A DNA stretch of 64,000 nucleotides, from positions 3,568 through 67,567 of the forward strand of contig JABABG010000062.1 of assembly GCA_014238315.1 (NCBI GenBank), read 5' to 3'. The translations under genes were made by a program, and so were the position numbers. Within the stretch, counting starts at the first letter, position 1. Every line of letters starts with the position of its first letter. Under the pieces are notes generated by a model. It was not told the origin of the DNA. It saw only the letters and a list, made by a program, of their open reading frames with translations, and searched no databases. This DNA comes from Alphaproteobacteria bacterium (GTDB lineage Bacteria; Pseudomonadota; Alphaproteobacteria; JABAAW01). Shown piece after piece: positions 46,976 to 56,832 of the stretch.

Positions 46976-48001
46976 ATGACAAGTAAAAACACCTCACAAA
47001 TACTAACTAATAGTTCTTTCAATCCTCCTCCAATTTGGATGATGAGACAAGCTGGTCGTTATTTACCAGAATATCGAAGGTTGAGAGAACGAGAATCAAA
47101 TTTTTTATCTTTCTGTAACAATCCTCATTTATCTGTTGAGGCTGCTCTTCAACCAATGCGTCGTTACTCTTTTGACGCAGCTATATTATTTTCAGATATT
47201 TTACTTGTTCCTTATGCGATGGGTTTGTCGGTTAGTTTTGAAGAAGGGCGAGGTCCTTTACTTTCTTCCATTGACCAAACTTTTAAATTTCCCAAAGAGG
47301 AAAGGGTGTTAGAAAAGTTAAACGTTGTTGCTAAAACTTTAGTATTGCTACGTGATAAGTTGGACAAAGAAAATTTTACTAATGCTGGAATGATAGGCTT
47401 TTGCGGAGCCCCCTGGACTTTGGCTGCTTATATGCTTGAGGGAGAGAGTAGCCGTGATTTTTTAAAGATGCGTTACTTTGCGCTTTCTCACCCTTCATTT
47501 TTTTCTGATTTGATAGTCTACTTGACTTCTATTTTGTCAAAATTTTTGTCCATACAGTTTTCTGCGGGAGCTGATTTTGTGCAGATTTTTGACAGCTGGG
47601 CGGGGCTTACGGACGAAGACCAGTTTGATAGATGGGTTATTACTCCAACTAAGGAAATTGTAGAAAACCTATCGCCATATCCGATTTTTGGTTTTGCCCG
47701 ACAAGCGGGTAGCCGAGTTTTTTTGTATGGACAGAAAACGGGGTTAAAAGGCATTTCACTAGACTCTGGTCAAGATTTACGGATGGTAGATAAATTGTTA
47801 TCTCAAGACATTATTGTTCAAGGCAACCTTGATCCAATGCGTTTATTAGTTGGTGGAACTGGGCTGGAAAAAGAGATTAAGCGAATTTGCACCCAATTTC
47901 GTGATCGTCCATTTATTTTTAATTTGGGACACGGCATATTAAAAGAAACCCCACCAGAGAATGTAACTCACGCCGTTTCTTTAGTGCGCAATTTCCAGTA
48001 G
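46976..48001 (+). CDS. hemE: uroporphyrinogen decarboxylase
   Basis: PIWMMRQAGRYLPEY N-terminal signature. Confidence 0.9.
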   Translation: MTSKNTSQILTNSSFNPPPIWMMRQAGRYLPEYRRLRERESNFLSFCNNPHLSVEAALQPMRRYSFDAAILFSDILLVPYAMGLSVSFEEGRGPLLSSIDQTFKFPKEERVLEKLNVVAKTLVLLRDKLDKENFTNAGMIGFCGAPWTLAAYMLEGESSRDFLKMRYFALSHPSFFSDLIVYLTSILSKFLSIQFSAGADFVQIFDSWAGLTDEDQFDRWVITPTKEIVENLSPYPIFGFARQAGSRVFLYGQKTGLKGISLDSGQDLRMVDKLLSQDIIVQGNLDPMRLLVGGTGLEKEIKRICTQFRDRPFIFNLGHGILKETPPENVTHAVSLVRNFQ

Positions 48002-48015
48002 GTGAAGATAATTTC

Positions 48016-49131
48016 ATGAACTATTTTTCAGATAAGGGTTATAAAAAAAACAACGACTCTTCTAACAAAATTGCTGTTGTTTTTTTCAACTTGGGTGCTC
48101 CGGATAAAATCGAATCTGTTCGACCTTTTTTGCGCAATTTATTTTTAGATCCGGCAATTATCCGCCTTCCATTTTTACTTCGCTTTCCTCTTGCTTTGCT
48201 AATTTCGACATTGCGAACACGACAGGCTACAAAAATATATGCGACTTTAGGAGGAAGGTCCCCTCTTCTGGAAAACACAAAAAAGCAAGTTGCTGCGTTA
48301 GAGCAAAACTTGCAAAAAATTCGATCGGAGAAAGTTAAAGCTTTTATAGCTATGCGCTATTGGCATCCGCTGAGCTGTGATACAGTTAACGAAGTAAAAA
48401 AATGGTGCCCCTCCCAGGTTATTCTTGTTCCCCTTTATCCTCAATTTTCTAGTTCTACAACCGCTTCGTCTTTGAGACTTTGGACTCGCTGTGCTCGCGC
48501 AAGAGGATTAAAATGCAAGACCAAAGTTCTTTGTTGCTATCCTGATGCCCCTGGTTTTGTGGAGGCGATCAGCAATAATATTAAAGAACTCTTGCAACAA
48601 GAAAAGAGCTTTGCTGGACAGAAGCCTTTGCGTATTTTGTTTTCTGCGCATGGTGTTCCGCAAAAATTTGTTGATCGTGGGGACCCATACCAACATCAAA
48701 TGGAAAAAACGGTCGCCGCAATAGTACAGAGCTTAAAACTATCTGCGTCGAATGACTGGAAACTATGTTATCAAAGTCGAGTCGGTCCGATGAAGTGGCT
48801 ACAACCTTACACAGAAGATGAAATTCGCCGAGCGGGTTCAGAAAGAAGGCCGCTGTTAGTTGTGCCGATAGCTTTTGTTTCCGAACATTCGGAAACGCTT
48901 TACGAGCTCGACAAAGAATACTTTGAGATAGCGATCAAGAGCAAAGTTCCAATTTACTTGCGCGCCGCCACTGTTGGAGTTTCCTCTAGTTTTATTATCG
49001 GTCTATCGAGTGCAATTTCCGCTCGTCTTGACAGTCCAACTTCCGCGAGTGTATCGAGCTACGAAAACAAACGTATCTGCCCGCGAGGCTTCAGCAATTG
49101 TCCCTGCCCTCTTGATCAGAAAGCTGCGTGA
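48016..49131 (+). CDS. hemH: ferrochelatase
   Basis: Ferrochelatase layout (VVFFNLGAP, HGVP, SEHSETL). Confidence 0.9.
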   Translation: MNYFSDKGYKKNNDSSNKIAVVFFNLGAPDKIESVRPFLRNLFLDPAIIRLPFLLRFPLALLISTLRTRQATKIYATLGGRSPLLENTKKQVAALEQNLQKIRSEKVKAFIAMRYWHPLSCDTVNEVKKWCPSQVILVPLYPQFSSSTTASSLRLWTRCARARGLKCKTKVLCCYPDAPGFVEAISNNIKELLQQEKSFAGQKPLRILFSAHGVPQKFVDRGDPYQHQMEKTVAAIVQSLKLSASNDWKLCYQSRVGPMKWLQPYTEDEIRRAGSERRPLLVVPIAFVSEHSETLYELDKEYFEIAIKSKVPIYLRAATVGVSSSFIIGLSSAISARLDSPTSASVSSYENKRICPRGFSNCPCPLDQKAA

Positions 49132-49147
49132 GGCATTTAAAGCAAAA

Positions 49148-49567
49148 GTGCTATATAAAATTCTTCTCTTTCTTCATATGCTATCGTTCATTAGCTGGAT
49201 GGCGGGACTATTGTACCTGCCGCGTTTGTTTGTCTATCATAGTGGCGCTCGAGTTGAATCTTTTGCGATGCTGGAGGTTATGGAACGTCGCTTGTTGAAG
49301 ATTATAATGACTCCAGCAATGGTTTTGACTTGGATTTTTGGTTTTGCCCTCACCACACAGGCTTGGGTTTGGGGTGAAGGTTGGTTTTTAGCAAAACTTT
49401 TATGTCTTTTACTCCTGAGTGTTTTCCATTTTTATTTGGCATCTTGGCGAAAAGCTTTTGCGCGAAAAGAAAACCGATTGCCAGAACGTTTCTTTCGAAT
49501 TGCTAACGAGGTCCCCACGATTTTACTTATCTTAATTTTGTTGCTAGCGATATTTAAGCCTTTTTAG
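49148..49567 (+). CDS. hemJ: protoporphyrinogen IX oxidase HemJ (start uncertain: GTG 49148 or ATG 49178)
   Basis: ISWMAGLLYLPRLFVYH signature of HemJ. The ORF-track start (TTG at 48974) lies inside hemH and is unlikely to be used. Confidence 0.65.
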   Translation: MLYKILLFLHMLSFISWMAGLLYLPRLFVYHSGARVESFAMLEVMERRLLKIIMTPAMVLTWIFGFALTTQAWVWGEGWFLAKLLCLLLLSVFHFYLASWRKAFARKENRLPERFFRIANEVPTILLILILLLAIFKPF

Positions 49568-50717
49568 ATAATAGCGAGAAGGTTGTGATAGCAAAAAAGA
49601 TAAGTAAATATGTGCAAGCAAAGATAACAAAAAGTAACCTCCCTCCCCAGGTTGCTGCGAACAACGCGAAACCGAAAGGAGCAATCGTTCGTGAAAGGCT
49701 AGCTAGAGACTGCAACAAGCCAAACCCATCTCCTTGGCTTTTTGATTTTTTACTCATTAAACTTTGTATTGCGGGGTTATTTAAACTTATACCGATTGCG
49801 ATTAGTGTCAAAGCACCCAGTAGAGTGGCTATATTTATGGCGATGGCGAGGCTAATAAAACCTAATAACAAGAAGACAAGCCCCCACAACACGACCCCCC
49901 TCTCACCGAGCCGCCGCGCGAGCGTTCCGACGATTCCTCCCTGCACGAGGATTACGATTATTGAGGAATAGGCAAGTAGGCCAGCTACTTTTCTTGGACC
50001 GAATGTAAATGCTTCTTCGATCCAAAGAGCAAAAACTCCTTCAAATCCATGGAATAATAATGATACTAGAAAATAAATAAAAATTATTATAGCCAAAGAT
50101 TTTACACGGAACATTGATAGAAGGTTGCGCCACCTATGGGGTGCGAGTGTTTGCGAGTTTTTCTTTCTTTTGGGCATAACGATGGATGTTGCAATTAAAC
50201 ATGCAAGTAACGAGACGAAACAAGCTACCAGCACGGGGGTTTTTGCAGGAGCTAAATTTGCACCAATTAACCAAGCACTAAGAATATGCCCGGAAGCGAA
50301 GCCGCAACCGAAAGCGGCACCCAGCAATCCTAGCCCTTTTGTGCGTTGCTCATCATCGGTAGACTTGGCAACCAATGTTTGACAAGCGATCAACCATCCT
50401 GCCGATAGACCAGCTAGTATGCGCGCTGCGTATAGTCCTTGTAGCGATGTAGCAATAAATAGGCTGTAGTAAGAGCATATCGTTAGAGTTCCGCTTATCA
50501 GTAGAGTTTTTCGTACTCCCCAATTTTCACAAGCTCTTCCCCACAGTGGTGCTGATAAAAAGGATGCAGCAGAAAAGGCGGAAAAAATTCCACCTGCATA
50601 TACGTAAGACCCTCCGAATTTTAAAACCTGGAAGGGTAAAAAAGGAATCACTAACGCCAAGGCACATACGTAAGTGAAGGTAGCCATGCAAGCAATGGCA
50701 AGTGGTTTTTTATTCAT
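49554..50717 (-). CDS. MFS transporter
   Basis: 12-TM profile with MFS-type motifs. Confidence 0.6.
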   Translation of the reverse strand: MNKKPLAIACMATFTYVCALALVIPFLPFQVLKFGGSYVYAGGIFSAFSAASFLSAPLWGRACENWGVRKTLLISGTLTICSYYSLFIATSLQGLYAARILAGLSAGWLIACQTLVAKSTDDEQRTKGLGLLGAAFGCGFASGHILSAWLIGANLAPAKTPVLVACFVSLLACLIATSIVMPKRKKNSQTLAPHRWRNLLSMFRVKSLAIIIFIYFLVSLLFHGFEGVFALWIEEAFTFGPRKVAGLLAYSSIIVILVQGGIVGTLARRLGERGVVLWGLVFLLLGFISLAIAINIATLLGALTLIAIGISLNNPAIQSLMSKKSKSQGDGFGLLQSLASLSRTIAPFGFALFAATWGGRLLFVIFACTYLLIFFAITTFSLLSKKA

Positions 50718-50788
50718 TAATAATTAACGAAAGAGCTCAAAGGTTACGTCTTGGCTGTTAATTTTCTACGCTACTAATGGTCTGCAAT

Positions 50789-52921
50789 TTAATCTCGTTC
50801 GAAGAGTTTCTCTAAATCCTTTAGGGTGAAAAGCATATAGGTCGGTCTGCCGTGATTACACTGCGCGGACTTAGACTCTTTCTCCAAGTTTCTTAGCAAA
50901 GCATTCATTTCGTCGACGCTCAAGGTTTGGCTTGAACGTACTGCGGCGTGGCAGGCTAGCCTCGATAGGATTTTATCGATCAGCGATTGGGAAAGCAAAC
51001 TTGTAGCACTCACAGTCGGTTCTATTAAAGCTTGGGTTGTTAGTTTTTTTTCACTTATACTTTGTTGCTCTTCGCGCAATAGGGAGCATAAGTCCTCGAC
51101 CATTTCTATAGCAGAGTTAGTTTTTAGCAAAGCAGGAATTTCTCGTAACGAAGCGTTTTTTTCGTCGAACAACTCGAACAAGAACCCGAAATTCTTCACA
51201 AATCCTCCCTGCGCTTGTAAAATCTGCAGGTCTGATGCGGCTAGCGGCACTATTTCTGGTATCAGTAATTTTTGTATGTGTATATTTTTAGCGGCGTAAT
51301 CACATTTCAGTTTTTCGTATAGCAATCGCTCGTGTGCGGCGTGGGAGTCTACTAAGACTAATCCTTCAGCGTTTTGTGCGACAATATAGTTTTTGTGCAG
51401 ACAGGCTTTGGCATCACCCAGAGGATATCCGGTTGCCCAAGAGGAATCGGGAACCTCAGGTACAGAGCTATAACTTTGCTTTTGCGCAGTTTCTTTTTGC
51501 TCTATTGGTAGTGCGGGAGAGTATTGCGTCGATGGATTGCGGTATTCGTTGTATTTTGTAGTTGGCGAGCTTGAATGATTACTTTGTAATTTGGTTTGTA
51601 TTACTTTCCTTAGTTCCTTTGGTGGTTTTACAAATTCCCTCATGTGTTTGAGGTCATAGCTATCATTATTTTGCGTGGATACTTTTTGCACATTTCCAAT
51701 TGTATTTTGTTGTTCTTTGTTTTGGTCGGTTGGACTTATACTTGCCAAACGGTATGCGGCGTTTGCGGCGCGTCTGGCGTTAGAATCGAGTCCTCGTTTT
51801 ATGGTTGATAAAATGAATGTGCGTAACGCTTGCGGATCGCGGAATCGCACTTCTGTTTTGGAGGGATGAACATTTACATCGACTTCTCTCGGCGGTATGT
51901 CGATGAATATCGTGAAAATGGGAAACCTTCTAGCAGGTATTGAATCGCCATAAGCCACGCGAATTGTACCACTCAAGGTTTTGTCTTGAATCGGTCGGCT
52001 ATTGACGAAAACAAATTGTTTTGTGGTCCTATTTGTGTTGTATGTCGGTAATGCGCATAGAGCTTTTATACGCATACGTTGATGTTGGGTTGATATAGGG
52101 AAGGCATTTTCAATAAATTGCGTACCTAGTATTTGCTCAACCCTTTTTTGCGTTGCTCTGAATTCGATATTTTCGTGTATTGCGGGAAGAGATAATTTTT
52201 GACGCTTTTCTTCGAAGCATTCGAATTCGACGAAGGGATTTGCCATAGCGATTCTTTCTATCTGAGCTATTATGAGTGCGGCTTCGTAGGGGTCCCCTCG
52301 CAAGAATCGCAATCGCGCAGGTGTTGCGAAGAATAGGTCTTGCACTTCGACGGTAGTTCCTTTTGCTTGTTGATCAGAGCTTTTGCACTCTCCAATCCTT
52401 CCCCCCTCTACGAATATTTCGATTGGACATAGATTTTCTTGCTTTGTTTTTATGCTCATACGACTTACGGCGGCGATAGCGGCGAGTGCTTCGCCACGAA
52501 ACCCGAAAGTATTTATGTTTGATAAGTCATCTTCTTTTAATTTGGAGGTTGCGTGCCTTTCGGTTGCGAGCATTAAGTTATCCTTGCTCATACCGTTGCC
52601 ATTGTCTTGTACTCTTATGAGTGCCTTACCTCCGTGTCTTAAAGTCACCCTTATTCGCGATGCATTTGCATCGAGCGCATTTTCGACGAGCTCTTTGACG
52701 GCTGCCGCGGGTCGTTCCAGCACCTCACCTGCCGAGATGCGGTTGATGACTTTTTGCGTCAGACGCCTTATGGGAGTTTGTTCAATGCCTTTTTGAATAT
52801 TTTCGAGAGCGTTTTTTTCAGGCTTTTTTTGCTCTCTATTCTGCGTCACCGAGCCTCTATTGGTAGCGGTTGTATAGGAGGATTTCGTGTGAATTTCTTG
52901 TTTTATATTGCTACTAGGCAT
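50789..52921 (-). CDS. mutL: DNA mismatch repair protein MutL (long Q/N/S-rich linker)
   Basis: GHKL ATPase N-terminal motifs (ELVENALDA, DNGNGM) and C-terminal dimerisation domain. Confidence 0.9.
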   Translation of the reverse strand: MPSSNIKQEIHTKSSYTTATNRGSVTQNREQKKPEKNALENIQKGIEQTPIRRLTQKVINRISAGEVLERPAAAVKELVENALDANASRIRVTLRHGGKALIRVQDNGNGMSKDNLMLATERHATSKLKEDDLSNINTFGFRGEALAAIAAVSRMSIKTKQENLCPIEIFVEGGRIGECKSSDQQAKGTTVEVQDLFFATPARLRFLRGDPYEAALIIAQIERIAMANPFVEFECFEEKRQKLSLPAIHENIEFRATQKRVEQILGTQFIENAFPISTQHQRMRIKALCALPTYNTNRTTKQFVFVNSRPIQDKTLSGTIRVAYGDSIPARRFPIFTIFIDIPPREVDVNVHPSKTEVRFRDPQALRTFILSTIKRGLDSNARRAANAAYRLASISPTDQNKEQQNTIGNVQKVSTQNNDSYDLKHMREFVKPPKELRKVIQTKLQSNHSSSPTTKYNEYRNPSTQYSPALPIEQKETAQKQSYSSVPEVPDSSWATGYPLGDAKACLHKNYIVAQNAEGLVLVDSHAAHERLLYEKLKCDYAAKNIHIQKLLIPEIVPLAASDLQILQAQGGFVKNFGFLFELFDEKNASLREIPALLKTNSAIEMVEDLCSLLREEQQSISEKKLTTQALIEPTVSATSLLSQSLIDKILSRLACHAAVRSSQTLSVDEMNALLRNLEKESKSAQCNHGRPTYMLFTLKDLEKLFERD

Positions 52922-53010
52922 GGTTAATTGTTTTAGCGAGTATGAGTATCTAACATCAGACTACTATAATACGATTTTCATTTTTTATCAGATTATTACT
53001 GTTACGCATT

Positions 53011-55077
53011 TTGGTGACGGAGGGTTTGTATTTTGTAGTTAAAAAATGTAGCTTTGCTGGAATTGCGGTCTTAATAGGAAAATTTATGGAATTGGCTATG
53101 CTTTTTTTGAAAAACTCATTATTTCTTTCACAAGGTTTAAAGGGGCGTTTTTTGCGGTGCTTTAATGCCCTGGCTTCTGTACACTGCGGTCGTTTTTTTT
53201 ATATTTCCATTTTTATATTATTTTTATTCTTATTTCTTATTCAAGCATGGATTGTAGACGATGCTCGTATGACATTTAGGCAGGTTGTTAATTTTGTGGA
53301 AGGTTACGGCATCGTTTGGAATTTTGGCGAGCGTCTACAAACATTCACACATCCCTTGTGGTTTTTTGTGCTTTCGGCGGTTCACTTTCTTAGCTTTGGT
53401 TTTATATGGGAGGATAATATAGTTATCAGTTCGGTGCTCACCAATTTGTTTTTTTGTATATGCGCCCTATGGATATATTTAAGGGGTGTCAGAGGCTTGC
53501 AGATAGGGGTTGTTTTAATATTTTTGTTAATTCTTTTTAGCAGTCATGCATTTATGGTTTATACGAGTTCTGGTTTAGAAAATGCGTTGAGTTATTTTTT
53601 AGTTGCGGCTTGTTGTTATTTGTTATTTTTTGGCAGGCCTAGTTTGTTATTTTTCTTTTTGTGTGCTGGCTTGTTTTTAAATAGGGCGGATTATGCATTT
53701 ATGCTGTTGCCGATGAGTTTATATGTATGGCGTTTGTCAGGTTATCGCCTATCTTTAATTCTTCTACCGATTGGTGTGTGTTTTTTGTGGTTGTTATTTT
53801 CAACCTGGTATTTTGGCTTTCCGTTTCCCAATACATCTATAGTGAAGCTTAACATAGATGCGCCCCTGTCTAATTTTATTGAGCAAGGTCTTCGCTACTA
53901 TAAGCTGACTTTACTACGAGACCCTGTTACACTTTTTGTTATTTTTTCAGTTATGGTATTTTCGTTTTATGAAATTTTTCGCAACCGTTGTTTTACGAAA
54001 ACAAACTCTATTGGGTTAGGCTTGCTTTTGTATGGTTTATATATTCTTTGGATTGGCGGAGATTTTTTGCAAGGAAGATTTTTTTCGGTTCCTTTTTTCT
54101 ATGGTTTATGCGGACTTTCATTTTACTTGAAATCGAAAAGATTTTTAATTTCTTCTTCTAAAAACAATTCCACCAATGATTTATTGAATTTTAGAAAATT
54201 TGTTTTGTCGATAATTTTATTATCGTTTATTTTTTCTTTTGTTTCGATTTTGCATAGGGCAACCGATTTGGGCGAAGGGCTTGTGTCAGGTATTTCTAAT
54301 GAACGTCCAGAGGCTCGGCGTTCTCTCACAAGACAATTAAGAGACGTAGAATCTTTTTCGGGTAACCAGCCTAGCTCCGTTGAGGTAGCTTGTTGTACCG
54401 GTCTTATAGGTCTTCATTCCACTGGAGACACTTATATTGTGAGCTATCTATTAGGTAGTCCTTATTTGAGTCGTATTACTGGGGTTTGGGGTCGAATTGG
54501 TCATATGGCTCATCCTTTGCCCGCGGATTTTGAGGCTTGGGTTATAGGAGCAACCCCTCATTTACCAGATCCGGCTATAGATGCATATTTTTCAGATATT
54601 AGAGAAGTTGTTAGAGGTGATTTGTTTTCCTTATCTCGCATGAAAAAAATTGTATCTATTAATTTCCAAGATTATAAATTACCTATGGTTTTTGTTCTTG
54701 CGGAACAAAGATTTTCTCATTTTTACCCATCTTTACAAAAACAAGTATCTTTACTTTCGATGAAGGAAGTTGATCAAGAATCTTGGCAGGACGGTTATGT
54801 CATGTGGTTTAGTGAAAAAGTCGTTCAATCTTTGTCTATAGACTTCACTAGGCGTAAAATTAGCAAGGTTTCTTTACCCGTTAGAGGTTTCTATGGTTAT
54901 TCTTGGTCTTTGTACGATGGAGCAAAAGAAGTTTATAAAGCTTCCTATGCGAGCGATAGCCATGTTTCCTTTCAAACTCATGAATTACCTAATGTATTGT
55001 GGGCTGATAGACTAGAAGTTATCATTGATGGCGGAAGTCACATTATACGTCGAATGGGACGCCCTATTCTTAAATAA
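53011..55077 (+). CDS. large polytopic membrane protein, putative GT-C-fold glycosyltransferase (ArnT/PMT-like); start probably ATG 53086
   Basis: About 11-13 TM helices with an early-loop WIVDDARMTFRQ motif, resembling the acidic DD/DE loop of GT-C enzymes. C-terminal about 250-aa soluble domain. AT-rich codon usage distinct from the neighbours. Confidence 0.4.
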   Translation: MVTEGLYFVVKKCSFAGIAVLIGKFMELAMLFLKNSLFLSQGLKGRFLRCFNALASVHCGRFFYISIFILFLFLFLIQAWIVDDARMTFRQVVNFVEGYGIVWNFGERLQTFTHPLWFFVLSAVHFLSFGFIWEDNIVISSVLTNLFFCICALWIYLRGVRGLQIGVVLIFLLILFSSHAFMVYTSSGLENALSYFLVAACCYLLFFGRPSLLFFFLCAGLFLNRADYAFMLLPMSLYVWRLSGYRLSLILLPIGVCFLWLLFSTWYFGFPFPNTSIVKLNIDAPLSNFIEQGLRYYKLTLLRDPVTLFVIFSVMVFSFYEIFRNRCFTKTNSIGLGLLLYGLYILWIGGDFLQGRFFSVPFFYGLCGLSFYLKSKRFLISSSKNNSTNDLLNFRKFVLSIILLSFIFSFVSILHRATDLGEGLVSGISNERPEARRSLTRQLRDVESFSGNQPSSVEVACCTGLIGLHSTGDTYIVSYLLGSPYLSRITGVWGRIGHMAHPLPADFEAWVIGATPHLPDPAIDAYFSDIREVVRGDLFSLSRMKKIVSINFQDYKLPMVFVLAEQRFSHFYPSLQKQVSLLSMKEVDQESWQDGYVMWFSEKVVQSLSIDFTRRKISKVSLPVRGFYGYSWSLYDGAKEVYKASYASDSHVSFQTHELPNVLWADRLEVIIDGGSHIIRRMGRPILK

Positions 55078-55100
55078 TAATGTTTATTTTTGGTTCAACA

Positions 55101-55781
55101 TTAAACTAGAATAATGCCTGCGATAACCATTGCACAAATTAAACATAATATAGCTATTTTCGGGTCCACGAATCGCATTTCACTGGCTTGTTTTTTCAGT
55201 AGAGGGGGTAGCATTTTTTTGCCTGTTAGCATGGGTGTAATGATGTTGTCTTTTTTGTACAACCAATAGAACAAGACTGCGGAGATATGTATTCCTATCA
55301 CTACGATAGTCGCTTTTGCGGCATTTTCGTGTAGAGAGCTAATATAGTTGCTCGCTTGTTGCGAAACGAACTCTGCGAGCGGTCCTTCGAACAATAGATC
55401 GTCATTGGCAAACATCCCTAATGTGGGTGTTATGAATAGCATGATCAACATCACGAAAGTGGCGAATCCGCCTAGTGCGTCGTGCCCTATATGAGGTTTA
55501 TTTTTTTGCCTTATATTTATTAAGCAGTGCCATATATCCTTTATTTTTGGTAGGAAATTTTTAAATTTCGCGCTGTCAGAGCCGTACAACCCCCAGATCA
55601 GTCGAAATAAAATGAGCGTAAATATGCTTATGCCGAAAACCAAATGCGCCTGCATGAAGCCATTTTCAACTGTGATGACTGCCCCAACGAAACAGACGGT
55701 CAGCGCCCAATGGTAGCATCTAGTCGGGAGGTCCCAAACGCGACTTTTTTCGCTATTAGTAGGGGAGCTTTTTTCACTCAT
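55101..55781 (-). CDS. cytochrome b561 family protein
   Basis: WDLPTRCYHWALTV motif and 4 TM helices with conserved His positions. Confidence 0.7.
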   Translation of the reverse strand: MSEKSSPTNSEKSRVWDLPTRCYHWALTVCFVGAVITVENGFMQAHLVFGISIFTLILFRLIWGLYGSDSAKFKNFLPKIKDIWHCLINIRQKNKPHIGHDALGGFATFVMLIMLFITPTLGMFANDDLLFEGPLAEFVSQQASNYISSLHENAAKATIVVIGIHISAVLFYWLYKKDNIITPMLTGKKMLPPLLKKQASEMRFVDPKIAILCLICAMVIAGIILV

Positions 55782-55896
55782 TGCATTAGTCTGGATTTAG
55801 CGACGGTAGTCGCAGTGAGCTTGCATAGAGAACACACTCTACAGCAATTTTTTTTTAAAAACCAAATTTCATACTTTTATTACTAGTAAAAATTTT

Positions 55897-56811
55897 TCAC
55901 CAGCATACCTCGTTTATTGCGAATGTGGGAGTAATGTTGAAGCGATTAGTTAGCTTTTCTAGCCTTTGTGGATTTATGCTTTCGTTAATTTTTTGCATTT
56001 CAAGATCGTGTTGATGTATGCCACTGGCGACAAAAAGTGACGCGTTGCACTTGGCGTTTTGCGCCCCTTTAATATCGTTAGCGAGAGAATCTCCGATTGC
56101 CAAGCATTTTTCTGCGGATTTGTTTATGGGTATTTTTTCTGCAGCCAGTCGGAAGCAAGAATAGTATATGTGCGGGTCTGGTTTTCCGTGCATCCTTACC
56201 CTTCCTCCCTGTTGAGCATAATATTTTGCGATGACTCCTGCGCAAGGATGTATGGAGCCGTCTGGCATAGCGACCGCCATATCTGCGTTAGGGCATATTA
56301 GAGGTAGATTCTTTACTTTGGCGATGGCGAGGATTGCCTTTAGTTTGGCTAATTTTTCACCTTCTCCCTGCCCGTATGCCAAGCCCGTAATTATTAGCGC
56401 GTCTGCTTGCTCTAGATTTTCGACGACACGGCAAGGCATGTTTTGGAGTAATGATAAGTCGCCATCGTATGTTGCGAGGACGAACAACCGAGGATTTTTT
56501 GGTAGAGCTTGATAGAATTCGTCTTTTGGCTCTAGCATTTGATCTTGCATATCTGCGCCAGAGGTAACTATATGGTCATAGTGCTGTCCTTGTTCGAACC
56601 CTAGCGCATCGAGCATCATTTTAGTTTCGCGCCGAGGTTTACTAGAGTTGGATAGAGTTACGATGCATTTGCCTAGTTTTTTTATTTTTAAGAGGGCAAG
56701 CTTTGTATTTTGCGATGCTTTTCGCCCATTATGCATGACTCCCCACTGATCGACGATGATGGTATCGAAAGGTTTGACGATGTCACGTATGCGGGTGATA
56801 ATTTCGGTCAT
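55897..56811 (-). CDS. HAD-superfamily class IIA hydrolase (TIGR01459-like)
   Basis: DQWGVMHNG N-terminal HAD motif I and C-terminal GD..NDI motif. Confidence 0.7.
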   Translation of the reverse strand: MTEIITRIRDIVKPFDTIIVDQWGVMHNGRKASQNTKLALLKIKKLGKCIVTLSNSSKPRRETKMMLDALGFEQGQHYDHIVTSGADMQDQMLEPKDEFYQALPKNPRLFVLATYDGDLSLLQNMPCRVVENLEQADALIITGLAYGQGEGEKLAKLKAILAIAKVKNLPLICPNADMAVAMPDGSIHPCAGVIAKYYAQQGGRVRMHGKPDPHIYYSCFRLAAEKIPINKSAEKCLAIGDSLANDIKGAQNAKCNASLFVASGIHQHDLEMQKINESINPQRLEKLTNRFNITPTFAINEVCW

Positions 56812-56832
56812 TCATTATTTTTGCCAAAAATT

